Part shown: piece after piece, positions 54,268-64,000 of the stretch | Layout: every line of letters begins with the position of its first letter | Numbering within the stretch: the first letter of the stretch is position 1 | Assembly: GCF_006345805.1 (NCBI RefSeq) | Contig: NC_043019.1 | Coordinates: 6,013,360 to 6,077,359, forward strand | Reading direction: 5' to 3' | Length of the DNA: 64,000 nt | Source of the DNA: Octopus sinensis | Lineage: Eukaryota | Program-made: the position numbers and the translations under genes | Notes under the pieces: model-generated | Database searches by the model: none | The model's input: only the letters and a program-made list of their open reading frames with translations | What the model was told of the DNA's origin: nothing

Positions 54268-54849
54268 TGTTTCTTTATTAGCCACACAGGGCTGCACACA
54301 GACGGGACAGATTACAAAGTAGAGCTTTTCTTTTTAGGGGAGAGAAAAAAACTAAAAAGGTAGGGTAGGTTTTCGATCAAAAGGGATCGTAAAAGGGAAA
54401 GAAAAAAAAAAGGAAAAGAAACAAAAGAAGAAAAGAAACGATCAATAGGGATCGTGTATCACAGTGTCATGATGTAAGGTGTAAAGGGGAAGCAGATAAG
54501 GTTTATCCGTGGGAAGAAAAGCCTACGGAAAAGACCACGGTAACCTCGGTCAATATTGTTACATATTACCACATTTGTTTGCAAGTAGGGAACCTCTGTT
54601 TTAAATTTTCCGGGTTCATAGGATTATGCTCAAGGTGGCTTCGTCATTCATACGTGCCATCCTTGCTACATTCACCCATCTTTTTTTAAAACATTCGCTA
54701 GACAAAACTTGCCTCTCTACTCTCACTTCCCTCTTCAAATGGTACTTGAAAAAGTTGATGAGAGATTGACCCAAGAGGAGAGTGTTTGTCTCCAATCCTT
54801 TCAGACGCGTCCACCAGATACATTCTTTCGCCATAGCCACAAGGATGAT
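54268..54849 (-). mobile_element. Tx1-clade LINE 3' end, copy C
   Basis: Same 5' breakpoint as copy B. Confidence 0.9.
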
Positions 54850-54885
54850 AGGTTGATAGATAGGTAGGTAGTTGGATAGATAGAT

Positions 54886-54937
<52 letters not shown>

Positions 54938-54938
<1 letters not shown>

Positions 54939-56148
54939 TGTTTCTTTATTAGCCACACAGGGCTGCACACAGATAGAACAAATTACAAGGTAGAGCTTTT
55001 CTTTTGGGGGTAAAAAAAAAGAGAGTGGTGGTTTTCGATCAAAAGGGATCGTAAAAGGAAAGAAAAAGGACAAAAAAAAGGGAGGGGTTAAAAAAAGGGG
55101 GGGGGGAAAATTTTTTAAATGAATAATAGGGATCGTTATCACAGAAATGTCAATATGAAGTGTAAAGGGGAGGACAGGTGAGGTTTACCCGTGGAAAGAA
55201 AAGCCTACGGAAAAGACCACGGTAACCTCGGTCAATGGAGTCACATGTTATATTTCTTTTCTTTTTTTTGCGAATAAGCAACTCTCTGTTTTCAATTTCT
55301 GGGTTCATAGGATCATGCTCAATGTGGCTTCGTCATTCATACGTGCCATCCTTGCTACATTCACCCATCTTTTTTTAAAACATTCACTAGACAAAACTTG
55401 CCTCTCTACTCTCACTTTCCTCTTCAAGTGATACTTGAAGAAGTTGATGAGAGATTGACCAGAGAGGAAAGTGTTTGTCTCTAATCCTTTCAGGCGCGTC
55501 CACCAGATACATTCTTTCGCCATAGCCACAAGTATGATAAAAATAGCTCTTCCTTCCCGTTTGAAGGAAGGAGGCGTGACGATATTAACGATAGACTCGG
55601 CTGATAAACCGACACGTCCCACACGTGACAGCAGTCGTTCGACATAAGCCCACAGGTCGGAAATTGCTGGACACTGCACGATTGCGTGCAGAGCGGTTTC
55701 GTCGCTCTGCTCGCATCTCGGGCAGGTCGGCACCGTGTTTCTCGAGCCATGCCTATAGAGCTTATCCCGAACGGGTAGCGCTTCTCGGTAGCACCGCCAG
55801 GCCAGGGATCTCTGGAAGTTGTCCATAGGTCCCGGGCCGAAAGTCGTTTGAAACAGGCGGGTCAGGTATTCCTCGTCGACGCCCAGGTTTGCCCCGAGCT
55901 CGTCGTCGTACCTCCCCTCCACTAATCCCCTATAGAATGCTTTGGTTGTGTTGAAGTCACTCAAGGTCGACCCGGGACGGCAGAGTTGCTTGAGAGCAAC
56001 GCGACACTCGCGGTGCCATTCGCCCTTCCTCGGCCTCTTTTTGATCCACGACTGTAGTTCGGTCATGGAGATGAGTTGCGGGAATGCGTGCCTCACAAAC
56101 GGCGACCACACCTGTTCACCGTCGTCTACATAGAGCCGGAGATGTCGC

Positions 56149-56150
<2 letters not shown>
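54938..56150 (-). mobile_element. Tx1-clade LINE 3' end, copy D
   Basis: Uninterrupted ORF2 C-terminus from the 5' junction to the stop at 55305. Confidence 0.92.
55305..56150 (-). pseudogene. 5'-truncated ORF2 C-terminus (zinc-binding CxxC..H..xxC domain of L1/Tx1 RT); not an independent gene
   Basis: The listed 309-aa ORF starts in (TCTA)n; the real portion begins LRHLRLYVDDGEQ. Confidence 0.85.
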
Positions 56151-56231
<81 letters not shown>

Positions 56232-56748
56232 CAAATAGGCCGACAGGCTGACTGGCAGGTAGGTAGGTAAGTAGGTAGGTAGGTAGGTAGGTAGGTAGGT
56301 AGGTTCTACTTACATATGTAGATAGAAAGATGATAATACTCATACGTCAACGTTTGCAGGGAATTTTTCGTGATGCTGAACGCACCAAAAAAAGGTAATT
56401 AAATTATTTCAACTGACAAAGTCTCCGGAAACTGGATCATAAACTCCTACTTGTTCTCTTGGAATAAGCAACACGAAGAAGCGAGTAATCGAGAAACCCA
56501 AGAACAACAAAAAATAACACCTTCTGCAGCAACAACATCAACAGCAACTGCAACAGCGGCAACAGCATCAGGTGCAATAACTCAGGTAAACGTAAAACTA
56601 ATTAAGAAAAATAGAAAGTGACGAAAAGGCAAATAAATTTCTCACAAACATTTATACACATTTATACACATACAGAAATATACATACATACATACATACA
56701 TACATACCTACATACATACATACATGCATACAGACATACATACATACA

Positions 56749-56788
<40 letters not shown>

Positions 56789-56789
<1 letters not shown>

Positions 56790-57560
56790 ATGGCTTGGAC
56801 AAAATAATGGAAACACCTAGCATCAAAGCATCATAATTTTGAAATATCTGTAAAACCGTCAAAAGCTTGTTTATAATTTTTTTTATTGTTGTTGCTTAAT
56901 ATGTTTTGCTAAAATTGCTGTTTCTTTCCAGATATCATCAGGAAAAGGTAATTAAAATTCATTAAAATGACAGATCTAGTGGACTTTCAAAGAGGTCAAA
57001 TTGTTGGTGCTCTTATAGCAGGCGCTAACGTAACAGAAACAACCAAAATGGTTAGTGTATCAAGAAGTACTGTCTCGAAAGTAATGACAGCCTTTGAGAA
57101 AGAGGGAAAAACTTCGTCAAAACAAAACTCCGGAAGAAAACCAAAACTTTCAGGTAGGGACCGTCGCGCTCTTATGCGAATTGTTAGAAAGGATCACAAA
57201 AGTACAGCTCCCAAAATTACTGCAGATCTTAATGACCACCTCGAGAACCCAGTTTCTACAAAAACTGTTCGCCGGGCGCTGCACACAAAGCAGGATTTCA
57301 CGGGAGGGCTGCAATCAGAAAACCACAACTTTCAAAAGCAAACATTGCAAAGCATTGAGAACGGAGTGAAAACCTACAGAATTGGTCCCTAAGGAAGTGG
57401 ACGAATATTATTTTCTCGGACGAGTCATCCTTTACCTTATTTCCGACCACCGGCCGAGTTACGTGTGGAGACAACCAAAAGAAGCATCTGACCCAGACTG
57501 ACTGCCTTCTTTCAACTGTTAAACATGGAGTAGGATCTGTGATGATCTAGGGGACTCATT
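56789..57560 (+). mobile_element. Tc1 (DD34E) transposon, 3'-truncated and frameshifted transposase
   Basis: MTDLVDFQRGQIVGAL...SRSTVSKVMTAFEKEGK...GRKPKLS (HTH); then IIFSDESSFTLFPTTGR; TA before the left end. Confidence 0.9.
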
Positions 57561-57816
57561 TATTTCACCACCACCACCCCCGTGAACTAAATGACACTGT
57601 TATCCAAAACGGAGGCGGACAACTTTCTCCGTGTGATCGGCTTGAAAAATTGTTAAGACACAAGAATATTTTCCTACTTTTCTTAACATGAAACCAGTGG
57701 TAGCTTTAATTGACAAATAAAGAAATTATATACACCAATGCGGCGTTGATCACTCATTTTTATCGTTCGACATTTACGTATATATTGATCCGATCTGCTC
57801 GAATAAATTAACATGT

Positions 57817-58202
57817 GATGGAAGCACTCCGTCAGTTACGACGATGAGGGCTCCGGTTGATCCGATCAACGGAACAGCCTGCTCGTGAAATTAACGTGTA
57901 AGTGGCTGAGCACTCTACAGACACGTGTACCTTAACGTATTTCTCGGGGAGATTCAGCGTGACACAGAGAGTGACAAGGCAGGCCCTTTGAAATACAGGT
58001 ACAACAGAAACAGGAAGTAAGAGTGAGAGAAAGTTGTGGTGAAAGAGTACAGCAGGGATCACCACCGCCCCCTGCCGGAGCCTCGTGGAGCTTTTTAGGT
58101 GTTTTCGCTCAATAAACACTCACAACGCCCGGTCTGGGAATCGAAACCGCGATCCTACGACCGCGAGTCCGCTGCCCTAACCACTGGGCCATTGCGCCTC
58201 CG
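57817..58202 (-). mobile_element. Family C SINE (tail i) nested in an older related SINE (to ~58445)
   Basis: 12-bp TSD aaattaacatgt (57805-57816 / 58203-58214). Confidence 0.9.
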
Positions 58203-58649
58203 AAATTAACATGTACGTGGTTGAGCACTCAACAGAAGCGTGTACGCTTAAGGTAGTTCTCAGGGAGATTCAACGTGACCCGGGATGTGACAAGGCTGGC
58301 CCCGTTTGAATTACAGGTATCTCTCATTTTTGCCAACTAAGCGGACTGGAACAACGTGAAATAAAATGTCTTACTCAAGGACGCGACGCGTCGCCGGGAA
58401 TTGAACTCATGATTCTGAGCCGAATACCCAACCCACTAAGCCATATATATTTTGTGCTCTCTGTAAATACTTGCCTCAATCCTGACTGTTTATCTACCTT
58501 ACTTCAAGTATTTACATTCTTTCCTCGTTCCGACTTTCTGTCTGTCCTTCTCTAGTCTCCAGTCCTACGGGACATTTTGATTTTCCTTTGCGATATCCCA
58601 TGCTAGGGTGTCTTGCGGCCGCACGGTTCTTCTTTTTTTTGTATATGTA

Positions 58650-59057
58650 TACTCTTTACTCTTTTACTCTTTTAACTTGTTTCAGTCATTTGACTGCGGC
58701 CATGCTAGAGCACCGCCTTTAGTCAAGCAAATCGACCCCGGGACTTATTCTTTGTAAGCCCAGTACTTATTCTATCAGTTGCTTTTTTGCCGAACCGCTA
58801 AGTGACGGGGACGTAAACACACCAGCATCGGTTGTCAAGCAATGCTAGGGGGACAAACACAGACACACAAACACATACATATATATATACATACGACAGG
58901 CTTCTTTCAGTTTCCGTCTACCAAATCCACTCACAAGGCATTGGTCGGCCCGGGGCTATAGCAGAAGACACTTGCATAAGGTGCCACACAGTGGGACTGA
59001 ACCCAGAACCATGTGGTTGGTTAGCAAGCTACTTACCACACAGCCACTCCTGCGCCT
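58650..59057 (-). mobile_element. Family A SINE
   Basis: Full length. Confidence 0.9.
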
Positions 59058-59478
59058 ATGTTTTATCTTGTCACTTTTTTTACTTTTGTCATTGTCCTGT
59101 ACCAAGAGTGAACAATATCCACGTTACAGTTGCGAAATTGTAATGATTTTTTCGACGTTGATCGATAAGGAATAAGGTACGAATTTTGTGAATGTTATGT
59201 TTTTGCAATATTTCCGTTGGTTTTCCCCGGCACAAAACCTAATTTCACAGAAATACGTACTCAGTCGCTCCGTTTTAATCATCGCAAAAAAATCGACGAA
59301 CTGGAAAGAAGCACTGCAAAAGAAAGACGCACCACGTGGTAGAACGACAACACTTGACGATGGTAGTCGGCAGACTGATGCCAAAGGATTGTTGCATCAA
59401 GTGGCTTCTAGCGGCCGAAGCCTGAACTACAACGGACGTGTCCCACAGAGAACGTTTCCGGCTACTTTTGGGTACCAC

Positions 59479-59513
<35 letters not shown>

Positions 59514-59515
59514 TA

Positions 59516-59698
59516 GGGACAATAATCTCGAAACCGGTCCGTGCGTATCACTCAGGCTTGCGAGGAAGGGATGGCCTCCCTTTGCAAATACTTCATGGGC
59601 ACTGAAAGGGCGTCTAAAGCCAGCTGGAGACGATGATCTCCTGGGGCTAAAAAGCTACAGTAACACCCCCACTTTGTGGTTAGCCATATTGAGATGGC
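59516..59698 (+). mobile_element. Second copy of the 48816-49012 hammerhead-bearing element; 5' half of the ribozyme replaced by (TA)n
   Basis: GGGA CAATAA TCTC-GAAAC-CG-GTC-CGTGCG followed by ~170 bp homologous to 48816-48985. Confidence 0.8.
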
Positions 59699-59758
59699 TT
59701 TTATACTTTACATTGTCGAGCGGTTACTGTTTACATCTCGCTCTGAGATTTAATAATG

Positions 59759-59983
59759 CTATAAATTAGGGTATCCGACAGATACCACCATGCTGAAATA
59801 GCATTCAAAACCCTGACCTTAAAACCACCTTAAATGTTCATCCAGTAAAATCTTTTTTTGCTAGTTTATTTTGGCTCTCTGTCTTACCTCATGGTGCGAT
59901 ATGAACATTTAAGGTGGTTTTATGGTCAGGGTTTTGACTGCTATTTCAGCATAGAGGTATCCCTCGGATACCCTAATTTATAG
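59759..59983. mobile_element. MITE with ~83-bp TIRs
   Basis: ctataaattagggtatccga...aaatgttcat / atgaacattt...tcggataccctaatttatag. Confidence 0.85.
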
Positions 59984-60331
59984 TTTTAAATAATTATTAC
60001 CTTTGTATGGTATTTATTTCCATGCTGACCACTTGATATGATCGGTATATAAATATCGATATTATCCTAATTTATATATATGTGTGCATGTGTGTGTGTG
60101 CGTGTGTAAATGGATGAATGAATTATCCTTTGTTAACAGTTTACATGGAAAATTCAATAAACAGTTAACAGGGTAGTAAAATTCACACAAGTTACAAGGA
60201 TGTAGCGACCTATTCAAAGGTAGAAACTCTCGGTTAATGTGCAGTAATTTGTATAGTATAAGTAAATAAATGGAGTTGAACGCGTCGAAAGTAAAAGAAT
60301 TTGAATAACACCTGCGTTCAACACCATTTAG

Positions 60332-60390
<59 letters not shown>

Positions 60391-60393
<3 letters not shown>

Positions 60394-61241
60394 GGTGCGA
60401 TGGGTAAGCTGTCGCGAATTTATACTTTTAATTTCGCGCATGTGCGATTCGTTTTTGATTATGTCGACTACACAGTATAGTAAGGTCAGTTGGGCACCGT
60501 CACTCTGCCAAAAATTTGGGAACGACATGCTGTACTGCTTGGCATTCGTGCCGGAAGCTCCAATACAAATATCTTTCGGGGTGTCAATCTGAGGACAGTG
60601 CAATCTGAGGACATGTACCGAGAGTAATAAAAATCAAACATCCAGTTAACATCATGGAGTTTGAAGTGATTACTAATGATGGTGAAATTGTACCTCCAGT
60701 CATCTTCCCACACAGTCTCAGATTCAACACAGAGGCCTACATCAAGTGCCTGGAGGAGGTAGTGCTGCCCTATCTAACGTGGCTGCCTGCTGGAAGACCC
60801 TATATCTGACAACAGGACTCTGCACTACGCCACACAAGCAGGAGAACCTAGTCGTGGTTGTCAGACAATATCTGCGACCACATCCCCCCTAACATCTGGC
60901 CATCTAACTCCCCAGACTGCAACCCCCTTGATTATTATGTGTGGGGTGCAGTTGAGCAAAAGACCAACAAAGCTCCTTGTAACACCAAAGATTAACTGAA
61001 GGCAAGGGTTATGGCAGCATTCACCAACTTAAACAAGGAGACCATCCAGAAAAGTTGCAGGAGATACCGAAGTCGTCTTGAGGCCTTGGTTGAAGCCAAT
61101 GGCGATTTTATTGAATAAATTTACTCTTTAATATTTCAAGATATTTTTACGTAATTTTGGTAAATATATCTGTTATGATGAGATGTCAGTGTTATTTTCA
61201 TTATTGCGTAATTTAGATTACATTATATTCACTGCACCCTG
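60391..61241 (+). mobile_element. Internally deleted maT (DD37D) transposon
   Basis: TA|CATGGTGC ... GCACCCTG|TA; GRPYI*QQDSA...WPSNSPDCNPLDYYVWG...LEALVEANGDFIE*. Confidence 0.88.
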
Positions 61242-61249
61242 TATATGCG

Positions 61250-63068
61250 CGCGCGTGTGTGTGTGTATGTGTGTGTGTGCGTATGTGGAGTATGTGCATT
61301 TTCAAGAATATAGTTGCATATATATATTATTTGCATATATACATGCTCATATATATTTAAATGATAAACTTCTGGAAAGTTTTACAGATTTTTACAGTTC
61401 CAGTGATGGATTGGATGTGTAGTGTTCGAATTAGCTTTCTCCTTTCTGGTTTTGAGAAGCTTAACATCACAATTTTGGTATTTAGGCAGTATGTTACATA
61501 TCTCACGAACCCAATAATTACAGGTATAAATCGGAACTTGTAATCTGCAGATTTCTCAATAGTTCAGAGTAGATATTCTCTTTTTCACTGATCTTCAGCT
61601 TCATATTAACATTCGCAGGGCAGCTAATTTCCACAACTATGTACATCATTATATCATGTCTGTTGTGATTACATTTTATTGAGGTCGTCACTGAAACATT
61701 CCACCAGCACTTCTTTTTATTATGAGTGACTATGGCTTCTACCATACCATGGGTACTTATTTCTTTGCCCTCTGGGTTATACCACATTCAAAGGTATTTT
61801 GGATCGATTTTGAGACCTCTGCCGCTTTCTTTTCGTTTTAGATAGAGGCAATCTACGTCACTATTTATGTAGAAATTATGTGTGCTTCTTAGTATTTTTC
61901 GGGTTTTTACATTAATGGCACTGATTTCATCAAGCGTCCAATCAAGCAGCCCAAATGTTGGTATGAGCATTGGCACTGCAAACACGTTGTGGGCCACTGC
62001 TCTTTTGAATGCAGAGAGTTCCGAGGTCCAAATTTTGTTTATTCGGCTGTATTATTCTTCAATGACACGTGTTTTGTTACAGGTGCTATTGTAAGATATA
62101 TATTTTCATCCATTCCTAGATACCTGTAACATTCCTCGTCAGATACAGGGGAAACAGTCAAATCAGTGATGGAGATGTCACTAGTCTGGTTTATGGTTTT
62201 CCCCCTTTTCACAACCACATAACAACATTTATCCTGATCAAGCTCCAACCCTACATCCTTTGAGAATGTCGTAACTAGATCGAGGCTCTTTTTCATCCCA
62301 TGCATATTCTTTGCATAAAGTTTCAAGTCATCCACAAAGAAACAGCGTGTAATTATGGTATTTCTGTTTCCTTGTGAACCAGTGAGATATCCTTCAGACT
62401 TCCTTAACATGAATGACGAGGGGTTTACAGAAAGTATAAACAACAACACAGAGAGGCTGTCCCCACCAGCCTTGGAATATGGCTTTGTGATATTGTATTC
62501 TATCAGCGGTAATATAGTCACTCTTTGTGTTTAATTTCAAGATAGTGACCCACGATGAGTCAGGTCAGCTATGTCTTTGATTATGCTCACTGGAACTTTC
62601 GTAAGTTGAAGGGCTTCTAGCATCCATGAGTGGGGAACAGAGTCAAAGGCTTTCTTGTAGTCTAGCCACGTTGAACCTAGCTTTCTCCTATGCTCTCGCA
62701 CCTCTGACATCACAATTTTGTTGATTAACAATTGCTCGGCACATCCCCAGACTCCCTTCTTCCCAGCTGCTTGTTCTGCTGTGATAATGTTATTGGTTTC
62801 ACAATGGTCCTGGAGGAAGAGGTTTAAACATGCTGTATATATCTTATACATTATGATCTAAAATGCAATTGGCCGGTAGTTTCTCTTGCCATGTGCGTGA
62901 TTCTTCATTTGGGAATCAATTTTTTCTCTGCCAGACTAACCAAAGTAGTGTGCTACAGTTCCTATTAAGAGCTTTCTGGTACAGATTAATAAGATATGGT
63001 CGGTAAAAGGTTAGCTTCTTGTACCAGTATCCAACAATCAATTCTCTTCCAGGTGCTTGTCATTCTTG
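61250..63068 (-). mobile_element. Decayed R4/Dong-clade non-LTR retrotransposon (RT + RLE endonuclease)
   Basis: KAPG...GYWYKKL, EQAAGKKGVWGCAEQLLINK, WLDYKKAFDSVPHSW, FFVDDLKLYAK, HNRHDI..VEISCP, ITGTVKICKTFQKFII* (stop at 61357). Confidence 0.9.
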
Positions 63069-63104
63069 TATGTATGTATGTATGTATGTATGTATGTATG
63101 TATG

Positions 63105-63135
<31 letters not shown>

Positions 63136-63600
63136 TAACACGTACATAGATACTAACATACAAACATGCATACATATATACACACATACATACATAGTTA
63201 CACACATACATATGTATATAAAATTGAAGATTTACTGCTCAGTTTCAATAACTGCTGTCTACTTTGTAGATTTGCTTTAAAATCCAAAATATAAACCATC
63301 TTGATGAATACCCACCCGGGGGCTAAACAGCAACAACAACAGCAATAGCAGCTAAGCAGCCATCACATCTGCTAACTTTAAACAATTGTATATAACTATG
63401 TACGTATGTAACTATGTATGTATGTATTATGTATGTATGTATGTATGTATGTATGTATGAATGTGTGTATGTATGTATGTATGTATGTATGTATGTATTA
63501 TGTATGTATGTATGTATGTATGTGAATATGTATGTGAGTATGTATGTATTATGTATGTATGTATGTATGTATTATGTATATATGTAAGTATGTTAGTATG
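63068..63600. repeat. (TATG)n microsatellites
   Basis: Direct reading. Confidence 0.95.
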
Positions 63601-64000
63601 AATCTACGTGTTATTCCATACGATCCAAAATGCCTTTGAATGTCGTATCGTATCCCTTTTTCATATTTCATATTTCCATAGTCTTTAAATAGGTAAAATA
63701 TTTTTATAGTCTTCAGATAGTCTGTCTCTTTCTATTCCTTTGTGAATGCATCGTAGGTGGGTAGTAGAAACTTTGAAGGAACAGTTTGGGTGCAGAGTAT
63801 TGATGGTTTAAGCTGGAGCAGCCGACAGAGGAGAAGAAGAATGAGAAGAAGAAAAAGATGAAGGAGGAGGAGGAGAAGGAGAAGATGAAGGCAGGAATAG
63901 AAGTAGGAGTAGAGAAACAAGAGGGAGAAGGAGAAAGAAAAGGAAAGAAAATACAGGAGTGCTGTGACAGAGTAGAAATGTAAAAAACCCGAAAAATACT

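Noticed and set aside
56360-56394. AG/GT-bounded 35-nt candidate micro-exon and a nearby Ala/Thr-rich open frame ending in CAG|GTAAAC
   Set aside because: Weak polypyrimidine tract, no recognisable protein similarity, no transcript evidence

Overview
Repeat-dense, apparently non-coding (intronic or intergenic) animal DNA. The SINE families point to an octopus (Octopus sp.); this is inferred from family recognition, not from a database search. I found no convincing host protein-coding gene, and nearly all ORFs in the track are microsatellite artefacts or transposon fragments. Contents: three tRNA-derived SINE families in more than 35 copies, decayed non-LTR retrotransposons (Tx1/L1, R4/Dong, RTE, CR1-like), Tc1/mariner/maT remnants, two non-autonomous Helitrons, several MITE or foldback elements, a probable solo LTR, a U6 snRNA pseudogene, large microsatellite fields and one 100-N gap. 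Three signals stand out. (1) At least seven minimal type-I hammerhead-ribozyme motifs from several unrelated short elements, mostly next to (TA)n. All but one have a fully self-complementary stem III, two carry a U4C core, and two sit in a 640-bp palindrome. No Penelope RT ORF was seen in the window. (2) Four Tx1-clade LINE 3' ends, each embedded in (GATA)n, which suggests microsatellite-specific targeting. (3) A SINE subfamily whose 3' tail matches that Tx1 3' end at 35/42 nt without gaps, making a candidate SINE/LINE partner pair.
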